Source: Candidatus Altimarinota bacterium
GTDB lineage: Bacteria > Patescibacteriota > Gracilibacteria > BD1-5 > UBA2023
Direction: 5' to 3'
Assembly (NCBI GenBank): GCA_031407385.1
Contig: JANOIH010000014.1
Location: 1,555-65,554, forward strand
Length of the DNA stretch: 64,000 bases
The first letter of the stretch is position 1. The number at the start of each line of letters is the position of its first letter. Shown one piece after another: positions 53,683 to 64,000 of this stretch. Below the pieces are notes generated by a model. The model was not told the DNA's origin. It saw only the letters and a list, made by a program, of their open reading frames with translations, and ran no database searches. Both the position numbers and the translations under genes were made by a program.

Positions 53683-56600
53683 TTATGGAGAATAGAATGC
53701 TGCGACAATATCGCTCGCCGCCTTGCCACGTGTGACACCGTCAGATACTACGGCTACCATATCACCGGTAGCAGTCTTCTTGATCACGGCGATCAGCTTG
53801 TCGATCTCACCCTGCGAGATGGTATCATTGGGACGGAATCGGGCGTTTGACTTATTGATCCAGCCCATAGCGACACCGTAGTTGATATAGTTGATGAGAC
53901 TATGTTTTTTTGGTACATCACTGAATTTTTTCCCTACGGTTGTGACAGGAGTCGTGTATCCATGGGCGATCGAGAGTAACTTGATGAATTCACCACGAGA
54001 GATGAGTCGATCGGGAGAGACCTTGATCCCATTGTTCATCACTCAGGCTCGTACGAGGGTCTCGATCGCGGATCGCCATGGACTCGAGGCGAGATCACGA
54101 GCCAGGATAGTGATACCTGAGCTGATAGGAGCTCCGACTATACTGGTGGTACTAGGTACTGTAGTCGTAGTAGATGCAACAGAAGACGAGATAGATCATC
54201 CTCCATCTCCACCTCCACCTCATCATCATGTCCCTCCACTGGTGATACCTGTTCCTGTAGTCCCAGTGCTAGTAGTCCCAGTGCTAGTTGTACCGGTTCC
54301 AGTCGTCCCAGTTCAAGTCGTACCAGTTCCAGTAGTCCCAGTACCCGTCGTACCTGTTCCAGTTGTACCGGTTCCCGTCGTACCGGTTCCACTGCCGCCT
54401 CACCCAGGTATCACTATCGGAGTACCGACGATCCTGATATCATCGATCCAGACGAAGTCGTTGCTATCACTGAGATTCTCTCGGATACGCAGAGCAAATC
54501 ATGGGGCATCCGCGGCATCTGCAGGGAGCATGATAGAGTGAGAGGTCAGAGTCTCGGGTGTAGTTGATATCGGAGTTGGTATTGCTCAGATGCCGTTGCT
54601 GGTCGCGATCTCCGTATCGTCTGCCGCATAGAACATATGGACAGCGAGCGAGCTATCTATAGTCTTGATCGGTGTCCAGGTCGTACCATCGGTCGTATAC
54701 TCCAGTACCACTGAGTCTCACGCCTCCAGCGTGTCCCACTTGTAGCAGAACGAGAGACGGATATCGTTGTACCCGAGAGTTGAGACAGATCTCCTGAGAG
54801 TCTGATTGCCCGTTGGATCAGTTCCGACGATCTTCACGGCACGTAGATTGGTATCTGGTCCGAGACGACAGGTGCCATCACTCATGATAAAATTGGAACC
54901 CCTACTACTATCCCAAGCATCGAAAGTCTGATCCTCAAATCAACCAAAGAACAGAGTCTGAAGAGTAGGATTGCCTACCGGAGCGGAGATCGTGATGATG
55001 ATCGACGCTTGGGCCCCTTGTCCGAGAGAGTCCTCGACAGAATACGGGATCGTGACTCTACCGTTAAATCCTCCCACAGGAACAAATGTCACAATACCAC
55101 TCGATGGACTCACCGTCACTGTTCCTTCTGGTAGCACCAGAGTCGTCTGTGATTCGCTGATGAGTATATTGAGATCGAGAGTCGAGCTATAGAGTGAGTT
55201 GCCAGAGCCAAATGCCTGATCATTCGCGAGGATATCTGGTATCGTGAGAGTAGTATTGGTCACTCAGGTGACGATATCATCACGAGCAATCGGAGGAGCA
55301 AGGAGAGAAGTACCCCCCATCCATACATAGTTATCGGTAGTGATCCAACCAGTGCCTGATATACTATGATATACTGAGGCTGTTCTGGCTCAGGCTGGAG
55401 TCGTGAATGTCCGAGTGAAAGTCTGCCACACAGGAGACGCTGCAAGAGTACCAAGAGTATAGAATGAGTGTGTCCCATTGGCAAGGCCAATATCGACAAT
55501 CACATTTGATACAATATTGGATTGGTAACTATCTGAGAATATATATGGCGTATTCTCTGCTACGGATACAGGGTCAAATGCCCACTTTGCATCTCCGCTT
55601 ATATACCGAGTGATCTCTACTTTTGCAGCCCTTTGGCTAGTATCTCCGAGTACCGGGTATGTCCATACCTGCTCATTGTTCCCGAACCATCATCGGATCC
55701 AGTTATCTGGTGTATCTGGGAGTACTGTATTTGCTTCCATTCCTGGATTCCTGATGAGGTTCCCCGTCGTTACTGGAGAGTTGTTGAGATACATATTCAC
55801 CGAAGATGTGGACGCAAATCCACTCGGATCCGTGACCGTGAGGATGATCTCTACATAGATATCAGTCGCACTATGATCAGGAGCCACAAAAGTTGTCTCA
55901 GGGCCTGTCGCACTCTGGAGAATGTGCGTATGTATATTGTGATGGAGGAGGACTTGCCAGGCAAATCCAGAACCCGAGATAACTCCCGTCTCTGGATCTA
56001 CTCCCGTTCCTGAGAGCCGGATGATATCTCAGGTGTGATAGGTGGATCAATTGGTCGGTGATAGTATCGTCACTGAGGGTCTCTGATTGCCTGCGAATAT
56101 CCTCGTACTCCGCACATCGACTCCACCACTTCCATCTCGGACCGAGAGGATCGCATCGTAGGTACCATCTGCGATATAGGTATGAGTGACTAGGGTACCT
56201 GTAGCACTATTCCCATCACCAAAATCCCAACTATATGAGAGTGTATCTCCATCTGGATCACTCGATCCTGACGCAGAGAATGTGACTGTGATCGGCAGAG
56301 GTCACCCAGATATATCAGTGCTGAGAACCGCCAGTGGCTTCCTATTTCATAGGGTATATATCACTCGTTTGACCTCACCCGTATAGATCGCTATATAGTA
56401 GAGACTCCCGTCGGGGGCCGTCTTGATATCTACTGGTCACCCTGGATCTGTGATGAGGGATTCTTGAGAGATGATAGTATTGTTCGCACCGAGTGTGACG
56501 AGTGTCATCATGTTCAGAGCATAGTCACCATAGACGTATGATCCGATATATGCACTCGGGAATGCAGATCCGACGAAGTCACCCCCCACCACACTCCCCG

Positions 56601-57594
56601 CTCCTTGCGGACTGTGCTGATACTGGTAGAGTGGTGGAGTGACGCCTCCTGTAGTACTACATCCAGCAAGTCATCCAACAGTCGTACCTACTCACTCATA
56701 GCATGGCCATCCGAGGTTGACTCATCGGCCCACGATATCGAGCTCTTCCCAGGTACTCCAGCCGACATCACCACCGAATAGGATATTGGTCCCAGGCTGG
56801 AAAGCGAACCGAAACATATTCCTCACACCGAGAGCCCATACTTTCGACCTATTCGCATTCCCATTTCCATCATAAAATGGGTTGTCACTCGGAGCCGTTC
56901 CATCAGCTCTGATACGGATCACCTTGCCAGCGAGACTATCGAGACTCTGTGCCCGTAGAGACCTGACATCAGCAAAATCGAAGCTCGCACCATCTCAGAG
57001 TGATGCATAGAGATATCCATCTTGGCCGAACTGGAGTCCTCCTACCGAGTGGCTCGCATCATCAGAGGGGATACAGTCAGCGGTGACGGGGTAGTCCTCA
57101 CACGATGGAGCTACGAGAGTCCCTCATACGGTTCCCAGAAGTACGACCCTAGATGACCCGAGGGCAGTATCTCCAATGACGGTGACTCGTACGATCCGCC
57201 CCGTCTTGGGTCATGCGGTATTGGCCCCAGGGGAGTTCTCATAAGTATATGAGAGGTAGAGATACCCGTTCGTTGCAAAATTTGGATCGATTGCTATCCC
57301 GATGAGTCCACGATCTCCATAGGTATTCACATCGGTGAGGGTGATGACTGGGGTACTCGAGAGGGTTTCGTTTTTGATCACTCTGACAGCTCCTCACTTC
57401 TCAGCGACGAATATCCTCCCATCAGGAGCGAAGGCAAGGGCCGTAGGAATAGTGAGCCCAGAGACGACGCTCTGTGCCTCGAACCCACTTGCCGCAAAGA
57501 CGCCCGTGATATGCACCACGAGAGATAATACTCATATACTCAATCAGAGTACGCCTCTTGCGAGTAGAGAGATGAGAGATTGGAGAGGTGGCAT
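53683..57594 (-). CDS. 1303-aa surface protein: PQQ-type sugar-dehydrogenase-like beta-propeller, PKD domain, CBM-like domain, Gly/Thr linker and SLH-like C-terminus
   Basis: All codons checked: about 28 in-frame TGA and no TAA/TAG. Contains GDRGLIGIAIDPNF, DPDGDTLSYSWDFGDG (PKD) and a C-terminus ISRGEFIKLL...INYGVAMGW resembling SLH. ATG at 57592-57594. Confidence 0.8.
54196..54405 (-). repeat. coding Gly/Thr-rich tandem repeat (GTGTT about 10 times) and poly-Gly run
   Basis: 15-nt periodic units GGTACGACGGGAACC-type. Three consecutive TGA codons lie at 54220-54228. Confidence 0.8.
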
Positions 57595-57608
57595 GACGAG
57601 TAAAGATA

Positions 57609-58163
57609 TTAACGAAAACTAAAAGAAGGCATATTCCTCTCTCTGCTGTTCCAACCATGCAACACTTCACCAACATTATCACGGAATCTCTCATAGTAGA
57701 CATGACAGAGGTCGATCCTTGACTGCCAGCTCGTGAGGGCGATATATTGTGCGTATTCCCTCGGTGAGTGATAGCTGTTGAACTGGCAATATCCGATGCT
57801 TGCCCCACTATCTCCAGATATGTACTCATCCCAGAGTGACTCTTCCTGGATCATCAGGATAAAGTCTATATCTTTCCATTGTTCCCATGCATATGTCACG
57901 GGAGCATATTGTTCTGCGTATCGGTATATTTTCTGTGTATACTGCTTGGGGGTGAGAGTGACTGTTCCTGTGGCACTGAGTAGAGGAGAAGGAGAGGTAT
58001 AGATAGGAGCCAAGATCGATGGGGTAGATGCGAGGAGATAGGGTCTCATATGCTTCTCGGTGAGTACAATGGCAGTAGGTGTACTCATGTATTGGGGCAC
58101 ACCAAAACCTACGGATGAAGAGGCTATCCATAATCCCGAGAAAAAAAGAGGGATGATTTGCAT
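57609..58163 (-). CDS. secreted lysozyme-like / lytic-transglycosylase-like protein
   Basis: Signal peptide MQIIPLFFSGLWIASSS. EESLWDE...GDSGASIGYCQFN resembles the SLT catalytic region. It stops 14 nt before the next gene. Confidence 0.55.
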   Translation of the reverse strand: MQIIPLFFSGLWIASSSVGFGVPQYMSTPTAIVLTEKHMRPYLLASTPSILAPIYTSPSPLLSATGTVTLTPKQYTQKIYRYAEQYAPVTYAWEQWKDIDFILMIQEESLWDEYISGDSGASIGYCQFNSYHSPREYAQYIALTSWQSRIDLCHVYYERFRDNVGEVLHGWNSRERNMPSFSFR

Positions 58164-58315
58164 AAAGGATGAGCTGAAGGAATATCTGGCTAGTTACTTG
58201 AGCAAAAAATTCTTGATATCCCATACGATGATGATGATAAGATGTACGAGGAAGGAGATTCAGAAGTTGATTGGCATAGAGAGGATGGTTAGAGGCAAAT
58301 AAATCTCTGGTGCGA

Positions 58316-59200
58316 TTATGGGTCCGAGGATTCGTTTTTGATGAGATCATCAAAGGTTACGAATATCACTCCCATATCTGAAAAGTACTTGAGCATGGCG
58401 AGATAGTGTGCATTGTATGAGTCTTCATCGATGTTCTGCTCAGAGTTGGCGTAGTCCTGAGGATGCATCATGATGACGCATGGTTCATCTTTACTGAAGG
58501 AGTCATCACAATTGGCGAGTATCTTCCCGACAGGGGATGTTCTTTTTTGATCAAAATTATAGGTAGTACTATGATAGTCGTAGATTCAAGTTCAGATAGA
58601 AGAGAGTACCTGCATTCATGCGTCTGATACGGCACGCCTAGTTGCTGGTGACGCGATGTTAAACGGAGGGATAAACGTTGTGATCGGTTTGTTGCTGATC
58701 GGCTCGAGAACTTGAGTCGCCATCTCGATCCGACGACGAGCCTCTATATAGTTGATATTGCCGAATTCGGTGATGTATTGACTCTGGAGACCGTCGAGCC
58801 CTGTTCCATAATGGTCCCATCCATGCATGGCGATCTCTATATTACAGTTCTCCCTCTGGAGGAATCTTATCAGGACATGATCCTGGGTGAGATTTTTGGG
58901 GATCACTCATGCGACGATCGGGGCGTTGTATCTCTGAGCATCTTGTATCATCTGTATCGTGATCCCTCGCCAAGAGTATGCTTGGACATCATCGAGTCGG
59001 AGGACGACGAGCTTCTTGCCGGCAAGGTCTGTGGGAGTGCGGATCTTCGGGATACAGAACTGATCACGTGTGATCGAGAGGATAGACTGGTCATCCTGCA
59101 GATACGATCCGAAGAGGGCTACGAGATTGCCACCAGTAAAAAATAGTACAGTGGAAATAATGGAGACAGAGAAGATGATTCGAGAGATTGTAGAGATCAT
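58316..59200 (-). CDS. polysaccharide deacetylase (NodB homology domain, IcaB/PgaB-like)
   Basis: VVLRLDDV and AMHGWDH motifs. ORFs 58907-59254 and 58616-58906 plus downstream sequence share a frame through TGA codons, ending at TAA 58316-58318. Start chosen at MISTISRIIF (59200). Confidence 0.8.
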
Positions 59201-59210
59201 ACAATTAGTA

Positions 59211-60248
59211 TTATGGACTCGAGACTCGATCGGCCCGTTCCCAGAGGAGATCACACTTTCACAGTACTATCTCCCTGAGGAACTCATAGCCGATGATATA
59301 CGCATTGACGAATACGATCAGAACATAGTGTGGGAAGTAGAAGAGGAGATCGTATCGGCCACTTTTGATACTGGCGTACGCTGCAAAAACAAATGCTCCG
59401 AAAAAGTATGCTGGCAAGAGATAGGTGAGAAAGAAGGCTGGGTATAGGATTGGAGTCAGGAGTGTGATCGCACTGTAGATGACACCATCGATAAATATCG
59501 ATGAGAGGACGAATCCTGCCGAAGGATTGCTGAGCATGATAGACCAGTACTTCCTGATATTCTGCCATCCTCATCCATACCATCGCTTCATCTGTCGTAT
59601 ATAAGATGAGAGATTCGGCGGATCGTGCGTATAGACGATCGCATCCATATCATAGGTGATCTGGAGTTCCTTCAGGTGCAACTGGAATGTGAAGTCGAGA
59701 TCTTCGGTTATGGTATCATGATAGACCGAGAGACTCCTGAGAACAGAGGTCTTGATAGCCGTTGCACAGCCAGGCATCACATAGATATATCCGATGATGG
59801 ATTGTGCCTTTTTGAACACGTTCTGTCCAACGATATAGTCAATCTCTCGACACGCTGTGATCCAGTTATACCGGATACTCGACACGTACCCAGCTACTGC
59901 AGCGAGTTTGCCAGTAGTATCTTTCTCGAAGTCGGATTCGATTCTAGCAGTGAACTCGCTATCGAGAATAGTATCTCCATCCGTCATGATGACGATATCT
60001 CCAGTAATATGGGGGAATCCTTTCATCTGAGCTTTACTTTTGTTGCCCGTATTTTTCTTCAGGTTGATCGGCTTGAGTATGGGGTATCGCTGTGCATACG
60101 ATGTGAGTATCGCCTCGGTCCTGTCAGTACTTCCATCATTCACCACGATGATCTCATCGAGTGTCCGCGTCTGAGCCAGAGCAGACCTCAGACATGCCTC
60201 CAGGCTCTTATCTTCATTGTATGAGGGTATAAGGAGAGATATTTTCAT
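59211..60248 (-). CDS. processive family-2 glycosyltransferase (PgaC/IcaA/NodC-like)
   Basis: LLIPSYNED, VNDGSTD, DGD, ITEDLD (TED) and RQMKRW (QxxRW). It continues through TGA codons into C-terminal transmembrane helices (ORF 59259-59537), ending at TAA 59211-59213. Confidence 0.85.
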
Positions 60249-60420
60249 AGGAGAGAATTCATGATTACCAAGAGGATACCTCAACCCCATATACGGACAA
60301 CTATATGCCCATACTATACTGCCTATACGCCTGATCAGTACGCACTTGCGCTGGATGGACTAGAGTGATGATACTTTTGCCAAGAGAGAAATCAAAGACA
60401 AACTCAAGACAAAATAAATA

Positions 60421-60461
60421 AAAAAAATCCCTCGTGAAATATTTTCATAGGGATTTTTTTT
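60421..60461. terminator. hairpin flanked by A- and T-runs
   Basis: AAAAAAA-TCCCT-cgtgaaatattttcat-AGGGA-TTTTTTTT. Confidence 0.45.
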
Positions 60462-60530
60462 AAGCATTCTCCTTGGCTTTTTTTGGCTTTTCTTTTATAC
60501 TCATATTATTGATTTTTCTCCCTATTTTCT

Positions 60531-61931
60531 ATGTTAAAGAACTCTATCGCTATGATCGGACTCGCAGTCATGTGAGCCAACCTCGCCCGCAATATCGCCT
60601 CCAGAGGATACCAAGTGGCAGTCTATAACAGGACGGCTGAAGTGACTACAGACTTCAGCACAAAATATAGCGAAAATCTCGTACCGTATTTCTCTCTCGC
60701 AGATCTCGTCTCATCACTCGAGCGACCACGCAAAGTGATGATCATGGTGAAGGCAGGTGCTCCTGTCGATGCGGTGATCGAGGATCTCGTTCCACTACTC
60801 GAGAAGTGAGATATCGTCATCGACTGTGGGAACTCACTCTATCACGATACGATCCGTCGAGAGCAGACCCTCAGAGAATCAGGTATCGAGTTCGTCGGGT
60901 GTGGGGTATCTGGAGGTGAGGAGTGAGCACTCCATGGTCCATCGATCATGCCTGGATGCTCGCCTCTCGTATATACAGAGATAGAGCCGATATTGACTGC
61001 TATCTCGGCTCGGGACTTCTCAGGAGGGGCGTGCGTATCGCATATCGGGACAGATGGTGCTGGACACTATGTGAAGATGATCCACAACGGGATCGAGTAT
61101 GCAGTTATGCAGATGATCGCCGAGGCATACGAGGTCTATCGCAAGTCATACGGACTCTCGGCTCCAGAGATCGCAGATATATTTGCTCAGTATAACACGG
61201 GAGTCCTCGACTCATATCTCATCGAGATCACCGCGAAGGTGCTCCGCAAAAAAGATACACTGAAAGATGGATATACTATCGACTCGATCCTTGACCGCGC
61301 CGGAGCGAAGGGAACAGGCCTCTGGACATCGACCGATGCTCTGGAGTCTGGTATGAGTGTGTCATCGATCGTGGAGGCGACTTTTGCTCGGATGATCTCT
61401 GCAGATAAGTCACTCAGGACCGAGCTCGGGAAGTGATATGAGTTCTCTCATCCAGTACTCATCCCACTCGCAGATATGCAGATACAGATGGAGCACACCC
61501 TCTATCTCGGCATGCTTTTTGCGTATGCACAAGGACTCGCACTCATCCGCACACAGTCACTCGCGCACCACTGGGATATCGATCTCTCAGAGGTCACTCG
61601 TATCTGGCAGGGTGGCTGTATCATCCGATCTCAGATCCTCACGTTCCTCACCGAGGCGTTCGGCGATGCCGAGGATATAGCACATATCTTCGCTCTCACA
61701 CCTATACATGATGCGATCCACGCACATATCAGCGACTACCAGAGTGTACTCGCAGCCCTGATACAGTCGAATATAGCAACTCCAGCACTCTCATCAGCAC
61801 TCCAGTACTTCACTCAGATGGTCACGATCGACTCGAGTGCCAACATGATCCAGGGACTCAGAGACTACTTCGGAGCCCATACCTACGAGCGCACAGACCG
61901 CGAGGGAACCTATCATACTGACTGGAACTAA
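60531..61931 (+). CDS. gnd: 6-phosphogluconate dehydrogenase (decarboxylating)
   Basis: [37 protein letters not shown] and [11 protein letters not shown]. Four fragments in one frame joined by TGA. Confidence 0.95.
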
Positions 61932-61934
61932 TCT

Positions 61935-63293
61935 ATGACGCACACACTTTTCATCTTATTCGGAGCGACGGGCGACCTCGCACGACGGTATATATTCCCA
62001 TCACTCTCGCGGATAACCTGGGGCGATATCGATATCATCGCGACCGGGCGACGAGACTACTCAGACTCGGAGTTTCAAGATTTTCTCATGAGCAATAGCT
62101 CGGAGTTCCTCCCAATAGGGAGTGATGAGTTTGTTGCGGATATTCGCTATAAGAAGATCGACCTTCAGAACAGTGAGGATTTTGTTTCACTCTCTGACTT
62201 CCTCACCCCCCTCATCCGCCCTGATACACATATCGTCGTCTATCTCTCGATCGGGAGTGAGTTTTTCTCGGATTTTATCACAGGATGGGCTCAGATAGCC
62301 CCTCGACTTCCCCAGGTGCGCATCGTACTCGAGAAGCCGTTCGGCATCGATCTCGCGAGTGCGCGAGCTCTCCAGAATCAGTTGATACAGGTATTCGCCG
62401 AGACAGATATCTATCGTATCGACCACTATGTGGCCAAGGGAGGTATCCAGAACATCATGTCGTTTCGATTTGCGAATGTGCTCTTCGAGCCACTGTGGGA
62501 CAACCGATCGATCGATAACATACAGATCACTGCGAACGAGACCCTCTCCGTCTGAGATCGGGGTCGCTACTATGAGACCGCTGGAGCGCTCAGAGATATG
62601 GTACAGAACCACCTCTTCCAGACCCTCGCGATCCTCCTCATGAGACGCCCCATGAGCATGAGCAGTGCTGATATCCGTATCGCCAAAAAAGAACTCCTCG
62701 AATCTCTCACCCTCACAGATCCTCGCGAAGATGTCGTGTTCGGTCAGTATATCGGATACCGCGATGAGCGAGATGTAGCGAGTGACTCTCGTATGGAGAC
62801 CTTCACCGCACTGCGTGTCGAGTCTGCACTACCTCAGTACGCGGGGATACCGATCTATATGCGTACCGGGAAGTGTCTCGATACCAAGAAGACCACCATC
62901 GTCATCGAGCTCAAGCCATCTCCCTATCTCGACGCTGTCGCTAACCGTATCGTCATCGAGATACAGCCACGTGCTAGTATCGAGATCCACTTCAACACGC
63001 GCTCACCACACTCTGAGAGCGGACTCGTATCTACGATATCGTCTACACCAGATCTCCTCGAGTCCAAGTGAGCCTATCAGCGTCTCATCGAAGATGTCAT
63101 CGCCTGAGATCATACGCTCTTCACCTCATGGGAGATGCTCGAGGCGACCTGGGAACTCATCGACTCACTTATCCACTGCAAGGACGACTGCCCTATCATC
63201 ACGCCGTATACACGCTGATCGCATGGTCCCGATACGCAGGACTGGCTCCTAGATAAAAGCTGACGCCAATGGTACAATACACCAAAGATATAA
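61935..63293 (+). CDS. zwf: glucose-6-phosphate 1-dehydrogenase
   Basis: FGATGDLARR, RIDHYVAKG, EKPFG and the C-terminal Y.R-G-SHGP. Followed through 5 TGA to TAA at 63291-63293. Confidence 0.94.
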
Positions 63294-63296
63294 TAT

Positions 63297-64000
63297 ATGA
63301 ACATCCTCTCTTCTCCATCACACACTACACTCCAGTCTCTCTGGTGGGATGAGTTCACTCGAGCACTTACGACCCTCGCAACTCAAGATGAGATATATAT
63401 CGGACTCTCAGGTGGATCATCACTCGATATCTTCTATGCGCATCTTCGCACTCATCTCTACTCTATCGATACACAGACGCGTAGTCGCTTGCGGTTCTGC
63501 CTCCTCGATGAGCGTATCGTGAGCGAGGATCATCCTGACTCGAATCTGTGACAGCTTCGCAAAAAATTCCTGACAGCGCTCGTGGAAGAGATGATTATCA
63601 GTGAAGATCAGATCATCTCTGTGTTTCCGTCATCGCGAAGTATGATCAGGTCCAGCGCTTCTGAAAATACTGAGCATGGATTGCTTCGTTCCTCGCAATG
63701 ACAGGAACAAGAGGAGTCATCTCTAGCAAAGTCCTACTCTCTCCTCATCCCTAGGGTCGACATCGCACTCGTCTGAGTCGGACCAGATGGACATATCGCA
63801 TCCCTCTTCCCACATCATCCACTCCTGGACTCTACTCATGTATGATATCTGGAGATCACTGATTCACCGAAGCTACCATCACATCGTATCACCGTCTCAC
63901 CTGCCATGCTCAGATCTGCACCGTACGTCTTCGTCGCGTTCATGCGAGGCAAAGAAGTTGCATATAAACAGTTCCAGGATAACACTCTATCTGTGGCGGA
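63297..64000 (+). CDS. pgl: 6-phosphogluconolactonase (3' end off window) carrying an in-frame repeat insertion
   Basis: GLSGGSS... and V-G-VGPDGHIASLFP. It starts 3 nt after the zwf stop. Frame is open to the window end with TGA as sense. Confidence 0.85.
63629..63702. repeat. GTCA-hairpin repeat element, copy C, inside pgl
   Basis: GTCATCGCGAAG (63629-63640) ... GGATTGCTTCGTTCCTCGCAATGAC (to 63702). The latter is the exact reverse complement of the GTCATTGCGAGGAACGAAGCAATCC unit at 44112-44136. Confidence 0.75.

Noticed and set aside
57422-58353. ORFs 57422-57829 and 57826-58353 on the minus strand.
   Set aside because: They are out of frame with, and overlap, the well-supported lysozyme-like gene and the start of the giant protein. 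No motifs are present.

Overview
This 64-kb window comes from a reduced-genome bacterium of the candidate phyla radiation (CPR) that reads TGA as glycine (genetic code 25, Gracilibacteria/Absconditabacteria type). The supplied standard-code ORF track therefore cuts roughly 40 genes into collinear, same-frame pieces. I re-joined them by hand, and every real stop I found is TAA or TAG.

Gene content:
- The core (13.9-39.5 kb) is a ribosomal-protein super-cluster: rplC to rplO, then secY, infA, rpmJ, rpsM, rpsK, rpsD, rpoA, rplQ, rplM, rpsI, rpsL, rpsG, rpmA, rpmF, nusB and rnc. It has no rpsJ, rpmD, adk or map.
- A 4.6-kb island interrupts the cluster between rplO and secY. It carries hsdM (with an HSDR_N-like N-terminus), hsdS and a lipoprotein gene, but no hsdR.
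- The left flank holds an MgtC-like gene, a 1322-aa secreted protein, pilT, a MiaB/MtaB-family methylthiotransferase, an O-antigen-ligase-like gene and a FecR-domain gene.
- The right flank holds rplI, tRNA-Gln, rplU, a LysM/CHAP hydrolase, an RRM protein, uppS, two tandem prenyl-synthase paralogs, folD, a superoxide dismutase, prmC and an Excalibur-domain protein.
- It also holds a minus-strand operon of a processive GT2 synthase, a NodB-type deacetylase, a lysozyme-like protein and a 1303-aa SLH-like surface protein, followed by gnd-zwf-pgl.

Most interesting observations:
1. A modular GTCA-hairpin repeat family has at least five copies here. Two of them are inserted in frame inside prmC and pgl, much like Rickettsia palindromic elements.
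2. The restriction-modification island carries a 113-nt nested hairpin, a compositionally mosaic hsdS, and an AT-rich non-coding tract bracketed by 42-bp direct repeats.
3. Ribosomal-protein genes have G-poor leaders with no Shine-Dalgarno sequence, and several share a CTAAATTCTAA box 10-12 nt upstream of the ATG.

All coordinates and motif calls were made by eye. No database search was possible.
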